Origin: Synechococcus sp.
GTDB lineage: Bacteria > Cyanobacteriota > Cyanobacteriia > PCC-6307 > Cyanobiaceae
Direction: 5' to 3'
Length of the DNA: 64,000 nucleotides
Assembly (NCBI GenBank): GCA_047285535.1
Contig: JBJBDC010000001.1
Coordinates: 1,504,136 to 1,568,135, forward strand
The translations under genes and the position numbers were made by a program. The notes beneath the pieces are model-generated. The model did no database searches. It saw only the letters and a program-made list of their open reading frames with translations, and was not told the origin of the DNA. Positions within the stretch are counted from its first letter, which is position 1; every line of letters starts with the position of its first letter. This document shows positions 43,216 through 60,165 of this stretch, in pieces.

Positions 43216-43967
43216 ACACCACCTGGGGATCCAAAGTTCTCACGAGCTTCGAAGGCGCAGCATTTAAGTACAACGATGCAGCCCGTCTCCAAAAGGCGAT
43301 GGCCTGGCGACTAGCTGGACACTGCCGTCGACTGCCAATTCCAGCAGGACGATGGATGGATCTAGGAAGTGGAACGGGTTTGCTTGCCAATGCCATCGAA
43401 CAACGGAACCCCGGACAGATCGTGGAGCGCATCGATGGAAGTCCATCGATGCATAGATACAGCAGCCGGGAAGAACACACTCAGGTGTGGGATTTGAATG
43501 ATCCTTTACCTAACTGGATAGACCCTCCGACTCTTATTGCCTCAAGTTTCTGTTTGCATTGGTTATCTGATCCAGTAATCACACTTCGGCATTGGTTCGA
43601 GCGGCTAGCCCCCAAAGGCTGGTTAATCGTGGCTCTGCCGATTCAAGGCTGTTTCCCTCAATGGCACACAGCGGCCCGTCAAGCGTCAGTCCCTTGCTCA
43701 GCACTGCGTCTCCCCTCAAGCCAAGAATTAATTGCTTCATTGCCCACTCAGCAAATCAGACGACAGCAACTGCTGAGGTTTAGCGAAAGAGCCAACCACA
43801 TCACAGCACTCTTGCGACCTATACAGGCCATTGGCGCCGGGACCACCACCAGTGCACCTCTTAGCGTGAAGCAGTGGCGCCAGCTGAACACCGACTGGCC
43901 TGAACGCTGTGCTGATGGACAGATCAGATTGACTTGGGTAATCCAACTGCTGGTGATTGAGCGATGA
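43212..43967 (+). CDS. bioC: malonyl-ACP O-methyltransferase BioC-like
   Basis: Y...A.LQ, DLGSGTG and LHWL; bio cluster context. Confidence 0.85.
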   Translation: MNTTWGSKVLTSFEGAAFKYNDAARLQKAMAWRLAGHCRRLPIPAGRWMDLGSGTGLLANAIEQRNPGQIVERIDGSPSMHRYSSREEHTQVWDLNDPLPNWIDPPTLIASSFCLHWLSDPVITLRHWFERLAPKGWLIVALPIQGCFPQWHTAARQASVPCSALRLPSSQELIASLPTQQIRRQQLLRFSERANHITALLRPIQAIGAGTTTSAPLSVKQWRQLNTDWPERCADGQIRLTWVIQLLVIER

Positions 43968-44623
43968 AAACTTGTCCAGCTCAGGTGGTCATTTGCGGAA
44001 CAGGTACTGATGTAGGCAAGACCATTGTCAGTGCTCTTTTTGTGCAGGGATTAGGTGCCACTTACTGGAAACCGGTCCAAAGCGGCACTGAAGACGGTGG
44101 AGATCGACAACGTTTGATCGATCTTCTTCAATTACCTAAGAATCGATGTCTGAAGGAAGCGTATGCATTCACAGCTCCAGTTTCTCCGCACTGGGCTGCT
44201 GAACGCGAGGGGAAACAAATCAACCCTGATCAACTCAGATTGCCAACCGTTGAGGGAGCTCTGGTGATTGAAACCGCTGGAGGCCTGATGGTGCCACTCA
44301 CTCGCAACTGGTTGCAAATCCAACAACTGGAACGGTGGGGACTCCCGGTGGTCTTAGTGACCAGGAGTGAACTGGGAACTCTGAACCACACGCTTCTCAG
44401 CTTGGAAGCACTCCGGAGACGGAACATTCCCCTCCTTGGATTGGTGATCAATGGCCCTGCTCATGCTGACAATCCCCGCACCCTGAAACAACTCGGCGAT
44501 GTGACTCTGCTATGCGAATTACCAACGTTTGAACATCTCAATGCTGATGCCCTCGCCAAGCAATGGCATGCTCAGAACGTGAAAGCTAAGGTCGAAACCG
44601 AAATCAATCGTTTTCATGTTTAA
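43964..44623 (+). CDS. bioD: dethiobiotin synthetase
   Basis: GTGTDVGKT, YWKPVQSG, SPH, ETAGG and LGTLNHTLL. Confidence 0.96.
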   Translation: MKTCPAQVVICGTGTDVGKTIVSALFVQGLGATYWKPVQSGTEDGGDRQRLIDLLQLPKNRCLKEAYAFTAPVSPHWAAEREGKQINPDQLRLPTVEGALVIETAGGLMVPLTRNWLQIQQLERWGLPVVLVTRSELGTLNHTLLSLEALRRRNIPLLGLVINGPAHADNPRTLKQLGDVTLLCELPTFEHLNADALAKQWHAQNVKAKVETEINRFHV

Positions 44624-44625
44624 AG

Positions 44626-44781
44626 ATGAATCGCCGTCAGACTGGAGCAGCAGTAGCCATTGCACTTCTTTGCGCGGGAATTTTTGTATTGCTCACTGAT
44701 GTCGAAGTCGGGATTGTGCGATGGTTCAGCTGTGGCCCGATTGCAACCGAATCTGAGAAAAACAGTCAAGTCTGTCGTTGA
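44626..44781 (+). CDS. 51-aa small membrane/secreted protein
   Basis: MNRRQTGAAVAIALLCAGIFVLLTDVEVGIVRWFSCGPIATESEKNSQVCR*. Starts 2 nt after the bioD stop. Confidence 0.65.
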   Translation: MNRRQTGAAVAIALLCAGIFVLLTDVEVGIVRWFSCGPIATESEKNSQVCR

Positions 44782-44832
44782 TTTCAAAATCACTTCATAA
44801 GCAACACATTCATTGGCAACTGCAACGTCGTT

Positions 44833-46116
44833 GTGCCTGAGAATCATCACTCCCACCTCTGGCCACCGTTTACACAAATCTCTACGACTCCTCCTTTGGA
44901 GAGGGTGCTAAGTGGAAACGGTGCCTTGCTCTATCGCGATGAAGGGCCACCCTTAATCGATGCGATCAGTAGCTGGTGGGTCACATTGCATGGCCATGCT
45001 CACCCCCACATTGCGGAGGCAATCTCGCAACAGGCCAAGATTCTTGAGCAAGTCATTTTCGCCGAATTCACCCACCCTCAAGCCGAACGTCTCGCCAATC
45101 GTCTGGCAGCCAAAGCTGGACTAGAGCGGGTCTTTTTCTCTGATAACGGCTCCACCGCCGTAGAAGTGGCTCTCAAAATCGCCATTCAGTGGTGGCACAA
45201 CCAAGGAGAACCCAGACAACAGATTGTTGCTTTCGATGGTGCTTATCACGGAGATACGTTTGGAGCGATGGCAGTGGGAGCTCGCAATCTCTTTAGCGAG
45301 CCCTTTGATCCACTCTTATTCCCCGTTGCCCGCATCCCTTGGCCCGCGACTTGGTGGGACGACGAAGACATCGCCAAGAAGGAACAAACGGCACTGAACC
45401 ACCTTGAAGAAGCTTTAAACACCCCAACAGCTGCTGTCATCCTTGAGCCGCTGGTCCAAGGCGCTGGTGGAATGAGCATGGTGCGTCCAGCCTTTCTTCA
45501 AGAGGTGGAAAAGCGAGTTCGAAACGCAGGAACGTTGTTAATCGCCGACGAAGTCCTCACAGGCTTCGGGCGTTGCGGCGATTTTTTGGCGACTCAAAGG
45601 GCAGGGATCAAACCTGATCTGGTCTCGCTGTCCAAAGGATTGACCGCTGGCTTCCTTCCCATGGGTATCACCATGGCAAGCACTTCTGTGTTCGATGCCT
45701 TTGTCGGGACTAATCCGAGTTTGACGCTTTGGCATGGTCACAGTTTCACCGCCAACCCCCTGGGGTGTGCGGCGGCGAATGCCAGTCTGGACCTGCTCGA
45801 GACAGAACCTCATAAATACCAAGATTTCGAAACGAGACATCGGTCACGCTTAGAGGCTTTGGCGGACCATCCAGGCATCAGGCATGCTCGCGTGACAGGC
45901 ACCATTGCAGCGTTTGATCTCGTGGTCAGCGACCAACAGGGCTACCTCAACCCTGCAGGGAAAGTGCTAAGCCAATTAGCGAGAGAACGAGGAGTCCTGA
46001 TTCGGCCTCTAGGCCAAGTGGTGTACTTACTTCCCCCGCTCTGCATCAGCGACAACCAACTGGATCACTGCTATGCCGTTCTCCATCAAGCGATCAATCT
46101 CTTAAACGAGCAGTGA
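44833..46116 (+). CDS. bioA: adenosylmethionine-8-amino-7-oxononanoate aminotransferase
   Basis: LWPPFTQ, DAISSWW, SDNGSTAVEVALK, YHGDT, IADEV.TGFGR and SKGLT. Confidence 0.97.
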   Translation: MPENHHSHLWPPFTQISTTPPLERVLSGNGALLYRDEGPPLIDAISSWWVTLHGHAHPHIAEAISQQAKILEQVIFAEFTHPQAERLANRLAAKAGLERVFFSDNGSTAVEVALKIAIQWWHNQGEPRQQIVAFDGAYHGDTFGAMAVGARNLFSEPFDPLLFPVARIPWPATWWDDEDIAKKEQTALNHLEEALNTPTAAVILEPLVQGAGGMSMVRPAFLQEVEKRVRNAGTLLIADEVLTGFGRCGDFLATQRAGIKPDLVSLSKGLTAGFLPMGITMASTSVFDAFVGTNPSLTLWHGHSFTANPLGCAAANASLDLLETEPHKYQDFETRHRSRLEALADHPGIRHARVTGTIAAFDLVVSDQQGYLNPAGKVLSQLARERGVLIRPLGQVVYLLPPLCISDNQLDHCYAVLHQAINLLNEQ

Positions 46117-46125
46117 GATGAACCT

Positions 46126-46383
46126 TCAGGGACCAAACCTCAGGGCAGCCTCAACATCAGCACGTGACAGCCCATAAGGAAATACACAGGAGCGAGGCGC
46201 TTCTCTCGGACTCCAAATCACCGCTAAGTCCTTCTGCTGCAGTCGGATTTCGGCAGTCCATCCGTTTCCTTGCCAAGACCAACCACAGGGGTCATCGTCT
46301 AATCGCTGCGCTCCAAGCTGCTCGAGCCAATGCTCAAGTGCCTGCAGCGAATGCTGATTCAAAGGAGTTTGGGCTGGAGGCAT
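46126..46383 (-). CDS. DUF3143 domain protein
   Basis: TPLNQHSL.ALE.WL...FPYGLSRADVEAA. Confidence 0.8.
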   Translation of the reverse strand: MPPAQTPLNQHSLQALEHWLEQLGAQRLDDDPCGWSWQGNGWTAEIRLQQKDLAVIWSPREAPRSCVFPYGLSRADVEAALRFGP

Positions 46384-46864
46384 CAACACCATCGAGAACT
46401 TCGCTAGTCAACGGCTCCACATGAGTCTGCTCGGCCACCAGCCAACTGGGCTGAACCTGAAGTTCCATTCCCCGACTCCATGCCACCCCAACGCCTACTA
46501 ACAAACATAAAAACAAAGCCGCCAGCAACATCAGAAGCGACAACCACTCTCCTCCTGAAAGTGGTCGTCGCTCACCAATTTCCGTTGCAGAAGCCACTGC
46601 AGGTGAAGGCAATGGAGCGTGCTGCTGTTGCCAGAGCTGATCCTGCTGGATGAGTTGAGAGTCATAGATCTGACGCAGGTGAGGATCGGCCAGCTGGTCA
46701 TAGGCCTCACGCAACAGCTGAAACTGACGCGCTGCTTCTTCTGCCGGAAGTTTGGTGGTATCTGGATGAACCGATTTACTCAGACGACGAAAGGCCCGAC
46801 GCAAGGCCTCTGGATCGACTCCACGAGTCACACCTAACCTTTCGTAATAAGAGGAGACTGTCAT
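46334..46864 (-). CDS. DnaJ-domain membrane protein
   Basis: YYERLGV, HPD, AYDQL and a C-terminal TM. ATG 46864 preferred. Confidence 0.88.
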   Translation of the reverse strand: MTVSSYYERLGVTRGVDPEALRRAFRRLSKSVHPDTTKLPAEEAARQFQLLREAYDQLADPHLRQIYDSQLIQQDQLWQQQHAPLPSPAVASATEIGERRPLSGGEWLSLLMLLAALFLCLLVGVGVAWSRGMELQVQPSWLVAEQTHVEPLTSEVLDGVDASSPNSFESAFAAGT

Positions 46865-46925
46865 CACGCCCTCCTCTTTGCAATCGTGAACATGCATTCT
46901 AGGAAGAGTCGCTGCCCTGGCAGCC

Positions 46926-47690
46926 ATGCCAGAAGCAAAAACATTTTCTGATGCAGGCCCTGACTTATGGCAGTGCCTGGGTTGGCAACCAAAAGACTCC
47001 CAGCTTTTGCAACTCAAAGAGTTGCAATCCCTTTTACGTCATTGGAACAGCAAAGTAAACCTCACCCGATTGGTGGAGAACGAGGACTTCTGGATCACCC
47101 AAATCTTTGACAGCCTTTGGCCTCTTGAGGATGAACTACGCACCCCTGACTTGCCACGTCGTTGCATCGATGTAGGCACTGGCGGAGGTTTCCCAGGTAT
47201 GGCCGTAGCGATTGCACTGCCTGGGACCACGCTGACGCTTGTCGATTCAGTTGGTCGCAAAACAGCAGCAGTGGCAGCCATGGCCCAATCTCTCGGTCTA
47301 GAAAGTCGCTTAGAAATCCGCACCGAACGGGTTGAGGTGACCGGTCATGAGCCGTCCTGTCGAGGACAGTTCGATTTGGCAATGGCCAGGGCAGTCGCGA
47401 CTCCCTCCGTCGTAGCGGAGTATCTCGTTCCCCTTTTGGCCCCTCAAGGTCAGGCACTGCTTTATCGCGGGCACTGGAGTGCCGACGATGCAGCAAACCT
47501 CAAAAGAGCGTTGATCCCTCTCAAAGCAAAACTTGTACATTGCAAACAGCTCAACCTGCCTGCACAACGAGGTCTTCGCACGTTGGTGAGAGTCGAACCC
47601 TCGGCACCATGCCCAAAGAACTATCCACGATCTGTTGGGCTACCAAGCCGTCTTCCCCTAGGGGATCAAGCAGATGACAGGCGTTTCTGA
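46926..47690 (+). CDS. rsmG: 16S rRNA m7G527 methyltransferase
   Basis: [22 protein letters not shown] and YPR..G.P. Confidence 0.95.
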   Translation: MPEAKTFSDAGPDLWQCLGWQPKDSQLLQLKELQSLLRHWNSKVNLTRLVENEDFWITQIFDSLWPLEDELRTPDLPRRCIDVGTGGGFPGMAVAIALPGTTLTLVDSVGRKTAAVAAMAQSLGLESRLEIRTERVEVTGHEPSCRGQFDLAMARAVATPSVVAEYLVPLLAPQGQALLYRGHWSADDAANLKRALIPLKAKLVHCKQLNLPAQRGLRTLVRVEPSAPCPKNYPRSVGLPSRLPLGDQADDRRF

Positions 47691-48883
47691 GGAGCAGTAC
47701 CAATCCTTTCCTTCAAACCAAGGAGCAGCCCTGGGATCGTTTCAGCCCAGGGGCTTCGGTTCAAAACAGCTTGAAGATCACTTGCACTGACATCTTGATC
47801 AAGCGCATCGGCATTGAAACCAGGGTGCCAGTCCCCTGCATGGCCCAGAAGTCCGTAGCGTGCTCGAGCATAACTCTCCAAATCCCAAGCTTCGAGCAAG
47901 TTGTAAAGCCATAACAACACAGGGAGATTGATACCTCCTGGCGTGTCTTTCCAATGCGGCAAACCTTCGTGCCAGGTCATCAACCAAGGTTCACCCAGAA
48001 CTTGTAATGCTTGACGATGCAAACGTTGTTCAATCGGCGCGATCAGAGTCTCGGCAACATCCAACTGATGCACTGCTTCCAGATGAAGATCGAGATCAGC
48101 GGGCTTAGACGCACCAACACTGATGGTGTGCACCCGACGATCACGCAAACAAAACAAATCATTAAACACAATTGGATGCAGAGGAGCACACAGCTGCTGT
48201 AAACGCAGAGAAGGAGTGTGAAGATGTCCGCCCTTATCTGTGGGACTAATGATGAACACACCCATGTCATGCCGATGAGCTGCCTCAATGACCGGTTCGT
48301 TTTCTTGACGGATGTAATACCAATGAAGATTGACGTAATCAAAAGCGTTGGATTCGATCGCGGCTTGGATGACGTTTCTCTCTCCATGGGTGGAGAAGCC
48401 CACATGATCAATCCGCCCCTGGCGCTGCCAACGGCGAACCACCTCCATACACCCACCTAATCGAATCGTTTGCTCCAGCTGACTCATCCTGTTGATGCCA
48501 TGGATCGCCAACAACTGAATCCGCTGAACGGATAAACGCTCCAAGCTGAGCTCAAGCTCGGCTTCAAAAACACCTGGATCGTCCCGTGGAAGGATTTTTG
48601 TTTGAAGGATGCGTCCTGGATCAGGCACATTAAGAAGGGCCCAGCCAAGTTGCCGTTCAGAGCTGCCGTAATGACGTGCAGTCTCTAGATGGTGAAACCC
48701 GAGCTTCACAGCACGCTCAAGGATGTTCTGAACATTGCGCTGCGACTCAGGGGTAATCACATCCGCTGTTACATCCGACCAACTTTGCTGAAACCTCATC
48801 CCCCCAAGCGAGAGGACCGGCATTGAAAGCTCTGTGCGACCAAAACGCCGTGTAGGCAAACCCAAGGAGGCCGTTTTTCCCAT
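47666..48883 (-). CDS. aldo/keto reductase
   Basis: [30 protein letters not shown] and GFSTHG. Confidence 0.9.
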   Translation of the reverse strand: MGKTASLGLPTRRFGRTELSMPVLSLGGMRFQQSWSDVTADVITPESQRNVQNILERAVKLGFHHLETARHYGSSERQLGWALLNVPDPGRILQTKILPRDDPGVFEAELELSLERLSVQRIQLLAIHGINRMSQLEQTIRLGGCMEVVRRWQRQGRIDHVGFSTHGERNVIQAAIESNAFDYVNLHWYYIRQENEPVIEAAHRHDMGVFIISPTDKGGHLHTPSLRLQQLCAPLHPIVFNDLFCLRDRRVHTISVGASKPADLDLHLEAVHQLDVAETLIAPIEQRLHRQALQVLGEPWLMTWHEGLPHWKDTPGGINLPVLLWLYNLLEAWDLESYARARYGLLGHAGDWHPGFNADALDQDVSASDLQAVLNRSPWAETIPGLLLGLKERIGTAPQKRLSSA

Positions 48884-48890
48884 CGAACGA

Positions 48891-49334
48891 TCAGTCTTGC
48901 GGGTCCTGCCGAGGAAGCGTGCGTCGAGGACGAGCTGGAGAAGGCACTCCTAGAGGGAAAAGTTCCTGAGCTTCAAGCTGAGCACTTAAAACCTTGAGGT
49001 CATCAAATGGAACCCAATGGATGCAATCCACGGGACAGGTCTCTATTGCTTCCTGAATTCGCTGAGGACTGTCTCCGTCCTGACGAATCGCCCTCGAGCG
49101 GCCCAGATCGGGTTCAATCACGAAGGTATTGCATGCCACATGAGCGCAATAGCGACACCCTATACAAACAGCTTCATCAACCCAAACAGCTTTCTCAGCC
49201 AACGCACCACCCAAAACGGGTTCCTTGCCATTGGGTTGAGTGTCTTGAAGTGATGAAGCGCTATAGGCAGCAGCCGGGGCTCCAAAAGCGTCGTTCACTG
49301 CCTTGTTGTCCAATGCCTGCTGCGGATCAGGCAT
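48891..49334 (-). CDS. bacterial-type 4Fe-4S/3Fe-4S ferredoxin (Fed7-like)
   Basis: VWVDEAVCIGCRYCAHVA...AIETCPVDCIHWV. Confidence 0.9.
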   Translation of the reverse strand: MPDPQQALDNKAVNDAFGAPAAAYSASSLQDTQPNGKEPVLGGALAEKAVWVDEAVCIGCRYCAHVACNTFVIEPDLGRSRAIRQDGDSPQRIQEAIETCPVDCIHWVPFDDLKVLSAQLEAQELFPLGVPSPARPRRTLPRQDPQD

Positions 49335-49719
49335 CCCAGCGCGTCACCACCAGCTCGATCGAGCCATCCTGGCAATCACGTTGCTCGGCAACATCAAAGC
49401 CTTCGATCACTGAAGCTTTCAACACCGTGTTGAGTGCATAGCGTTGCGTGAGACGAGAAAGAAACCGTTCAATCGGAATGGGCTGGCGCCATAAATCCAG
49501 ATCAGTGACGAACTCATAAGCACCGTTGGATTCGTTCCAGAGAAAACCAAAATCCGCACTTCCCTCAAGGGTGACAGCCAGCTCAGCTTCAACGGTTTGT
49601 CCGCGGTAACCGCGAACGGGATGGCCACCCTGATGGGGCTCGTAACCAAGATCTTGCAGAGCTGAGACTAAAGACTCACGCTGACGGAGTTCCGTTTTAA
49701 CAGTGCTGAAATGGGACAT
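49327..49719 (-). CDS. ycf35: DUF1257 / Ycf35 protein
   Basis: MSHFSTVKT, VRGYRGQT, DL.LW and QRYA. Confidence 0.9.
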   Translation of the reverse strand: MSHFSTVKTELRQRESLVSALQDLGYEPHQGGHPVRGYRGQTVEAELAVTLEGSADFGFLWNESNGAYEFVTDLDLWRQPIPIERFLSRLTQRYALNTVLKASVIEGFDVAEQRDCQDGSIELVVTRWDA

Positions 49720-49922
49720 CAGGAGGGTTCGACGAACTGGGTCTGGGTCTGGGTCTGAGTTGTAACGAAGGCATCAGATGTTGGCTGGCGGCGTTCCACC
49801 GTGCCAAGAGCTGATTCCAACCGTTCTGTGAGTAGGAGACAAGCGTCACCTTCAACGCCTTCAACGTGCTCTTCGACGCGGCCGTCGGGACGGATTCGAA
49901 AACGAAGCGTGCGCTGAGGCAT
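49719..49922 (-). CDS. DUF2997 domain protein
   Basis: FRIRPDGRVEE.VEGV.G.AC..LT..LE.ALG. Confidence 0.88.
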   Translation of the reverse strand: MPQRTLRFRIRPDGRVEEHVEGVEGDACLLLTERLESALGTVERRQPTSDAFVTTQTQTQTQFVEPS

Positions 49923-49995
49923 GCACTACACCCAACAATGAGCAGATGCTAGTGGCGAGAACGCGAAGCTGAAGACGTCCTGTTACGTCGTCCTG

Positions 49996-50805
49996 TCAGG
50001 AAAGTAACCCCTCGTCCATCAAAGTTTGGAGACGATCCAAGACCTCAGGTGATTCCATCTGCTCAAGAGCGGTACGGGCCTCGTCTCGAACAGACCTTTC
50101 TCCATCTTGCAAGAGCGCTCGCACAAACACCTCAATAACCTCAGCGCGTCGAGGCTCAACAAGATGGTCAAGCAAGCGACCTAGAGCCCAAATGCAATTG
50201 CTACGTACTACAGATTCACTGTCTATACGAAGGCTTATCAGCAACTGAACAGCTGCTGGATCTGCTTTTGCGGCAGATGTGACTCCAGCTTCTGCAAGGG
50301 AGACGGAAGCCCACAGTCGAACAGCCGCGACATCGGTCTGCAAAGCTCGAATCAAGGGATTCAGCACTGGTGCATCGGGATAATTTCCAAGACTCCAGGC
50401 CGTGGCCTTGCGCACATAAGCATTGCTGTCATCTTGCAGCAACTTCAGGAGGGGACCAACAGCAGGCGGGGAAGGGTTACGACCAAGGGCATAGACAGCG
50501 CTCATGCGCACAACGGGACAAACCTCCTCCAACAGAGGTAGAAGCAAAGGAACCGCACGAGGATCTCGATGCTCACAAAAAACGCGAAGTCCCTGGAGGC
50601 GTTGTTCATGCCCCTGCCTTAACCAATTGAGGGCCTCATCACACTGTCGAATGGCCTCCAGTGCATCCTGTTCTGGATCATCGAGATCAATATCATCTAG
50701 CGGATCCCCCACCTCTTCAGCTTCTAGCTCACGGGCTAGCACATCGGGATCAATGGCCAGATTGGCCAGTCGCTGATCACGATCCAATGGCAAGCTTTCG
50801 GTCAT
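49996..50805 (-). CDS. HEAT/PBS-lyase repeat protein
   Basis: Repeated VR..A..ALG units. Confidence 0.88.
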   Translation of the reverse strand: MTESLPLDRDQRLANLAIDPDVLARELEAEEVGDPLDDIDLDDPEQDALEAIRQCDEALNWLRQGHEQRLQGLRVFCEHRDPRAVPLLLPLLEEVCPVVRMSAVYALGRNPSPPAVGPLLKLLQDDSNAYVRKATAWSLGNYPDAPVLNPLIRALQTDVAAVRLWASVSLAEAGVTSAAKADPAAVQLLISLRIDSESVVRSNCIWALGRLLDHLVEPRRAEVIEVFVRALLQDGERSVRDEARTALEQMESPEVLDRLQTLMDEGLLS

Positions 50806-50829
50806 AACGATGATCGTAGAAGGATCTGG

Positions 50830-50955
50830 TCAACTGACTGGAGCTGGGGCAAGCATGTCACCAGGCAACCAGATTCGTGCACTGACTGCAAACAGAGCTA
50901 GCCCAAACAAAATCACGATCAGAATGGGGAGGATGGTGCTGCGAAAAAAACTCAC
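50830..50955 (-). CDS. 41-aa conserved single-TM small protein
   Basis: GTG-SFFRSTILPILIVILFGLALFAVSARIWLPGDMLAPAPVS*. The short start avoids overlap with the upstream gene. Confidence 0.7.
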   Translation of the reverse strand: MSFFRSTILPILIVILFGLALFAVSARIWLPGDMLAPAPVS

Positions 50956-50999
50956 GGTTCCAAGTTTCAAATAATTTTCCAAGCAATTGTGAACGCTGA

Positions 51000-52763
51000 T
51001 TAAACAGCAATTCGTCGATGGCGTCCTCTCCAGAGCAGAGAGAGTGAAACCACTGCGAGTATCAACCCTGACCAACCAGCCAGTTGTTGGTGAAGAAGAA
51101 ACGCACCCGAGCCGAGAAGCGCACCAAACAGAACACAACTACTCAGCAGGAAACGAACAACAAGATGTTGGAGCGATTCAGACGCCTCCACATCGCAGTG
51201 AAGCCGCCAGCGACTCCAACCTGGCCCCGGGGGCTGAACCCGCTGCACAAATCTCTCGAGCACCTCAGCTGACTCTGGAGGAGTGATCAACATCACCACC
51301 ACCCAAACGATTGCAGTGATGGCAGTGGTAACCATCAATCTGATTCCGTAGTCCGATATCTGGAGAATGGGAACAACTGACGTGACCAAGCCAACAAAAA
51401 ATCCACACACCATTGATGACAATTCAGCCGCAGCATTGATTCGCCACCAGAACCAACGCAACACCAGAACCACACCAGGCCCCGTACCAATCGCGATCAC
51501 AAGTCGAAATACGGTACCAATGCTGTCACTGATCAATGCGGTCAGCACCCCAAGCACCAACAAAAGGATGCTGGTTCCTTGGCCCACGAAGAGCAGCTCT
51601 TTCTGGGAGGCATCAGGCCTAACAAAACGCTGATAAAGATCATGGGTCAGATAACTCGCACCCCAGTTCACTGACGTACTGACCGTACTCATAAAAGCAG
51701 CCACCAAGGAGACCACCACCAGCCCAAGCACTACAGGTGGTAGATAGGCCACTGCCAGAGCCGGATAACTCAATTCCCAATCGCCCTGGTCTGGCAGGAG
51801 CACCAGAGCGGCCAACGCCACCAGAACCCATAACCAACTGCGAAGCAAGTAATTGACCACCAGAAAAACCCATCCAGCCAAACGCGCCTGACGTTCATCC
51901 CGGGTGGCGAGCATCCGTTGAATGAATTCGCCTCCCCCATCACTTCGCCGAAAACTCCACCACTGCACCGTGAGATAAGCCAAAAAGGTGGAGACACTGA
52001 TCCCCGCGCCTCCAATCCAATTGAAGCCAGCATCAGTCCAGCGCCAGGGAACAAGCGACAACATCTCAGGACGACCCAAAGCATTCAAGCTGGCAAGCAG
52101 AGCCTCCATCCCACCCGCAGCATGAATCGCAGCCCAAGCCACTGCCAGAGCACCCACCAAAGCCAAAATCAACTGCACAAAATCAGTCACGACTACTGCC
52201 CAAAGGCCACCTGCCACCGTGTAGACAAGAACCAAGGCAGCCACAATGGTCAGCAAAAGAACCGTGTCAGGAAGGCCACCCAGTGATGGCACAGGCCGGT
52301 CGGAAACGATCCCCAGAGCTTGCACCACTTTCCGCATGGCCAAGAACGCATAACCGATTCCAATGCAATTGATCGGTAGCGCAAGCAAAAACGCTTTGGT
52401 CCCCCGCAGCCAAGCTGCCGTTGCACCTCCATAACGCAGTTCCGTGAAAGCTGCGTCGGTCATCACACCGCTCCGCCGCCATAGGGGAGCAAACACCACG
52501 GCCATCGCCACGTGAGCCAGACCGAACCCCCACCACTCCCAATTCGCCGCCAATCCTCTGGTTCCGACTAAACCGGCCACATACAAGGGTGTATCGATGG
52601 AAAAAGTAGTGGCAGCCATTGATGCGCCTGCAAGCCAACCGCTCAGGCTGCGCCCAGCCACGAAATAATCGTCTTCCCCACGATTGCGTCGAGCCAGCCA
52701 AAGCCCGAGAACCAATGTGCCTATTAAGTAGAAGACCAGCAGAAACCAATCGATCGGTGCCAT
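51000..52763 (-). CDS. sodium:solute symporter family protein
   Basis: DYFVAGRSL, TTFSIDTP, GGLWAVVVTD, IQRMLA and AAFMST. Confidence 0.93.
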   Translation of the reverse strand: MAPIDWFLLVFYLIGTLVLGLWLARRNRGEDDYFVAGRSLSGWLAGASMAATTFSIDTPLYVAGLVGTRGLAANWEWWGFGLAHVAMAVVFAPLWRRSGVMTDAAFTELRYGGATAAWLRGTKAFLLALPINCIGIGYAFLAMRKVVQALGIVSDRPVPSLGGLPDTVLLLTIVAALVLVYTVAGGLWAVVVTDFVQLILALVGALAVAWAAIHAAGGMEALLASLNALGRPEMLSLVPWRWTDAGFNWIGGAGISVSTFLAYLTVQWWSFRRSDGGGEFIQRMLATRDERQARLAGWVFLVVNYLLRSWLWVLVALAALVLLPDQGDWELSYPALAVAYLPPVVLGLVVVSLVAAFMSTVSTSVNWGASYLTHDLYQRFVRPDASQKELLFVGQGTSILLLVLGVLTALISDSIGTVFRLVIAIGTGPGVVLVLRWFWWRINAAAELSSMVCGFFVGLVTSVVPILQISDYGIRLMVTTAITAIVWVVVMLITPPESAEVLERFVQRVQPPGPGWSRWRLHCDVEASESLQHLVVRFLLSSCVLFGALLGSGAFLLHQQLAGWSGLILAVVSLSLLWRGRHRRIAV

Positions 52764-52796
52764 CTGATCCCATTCAGTCTGTTCCCGCAGTCTCTC

Positions 52797-54004
<1,208 letters not shown>

Positions 54005-54060
54005 TTAACAGTTGGAAGAGGCCAGAGCCACTGATGTGATACAGAAGCGAAAAGGGTTCT

Positions 54061-60118
<6,058 letters not shown>

Positions 60119-60165
60119 TGGCGGTTGAAAAGGAAGGAGGTTTTGTCGTTTCGTTCGTTGATCCG

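Noticed and set aside
49737..49760. (TGGGTC)n hexamer repeat
   Set aside because: It encodes a short TQTQTQTQ low-complexity tail of the DUF2997 protein and is not an array.
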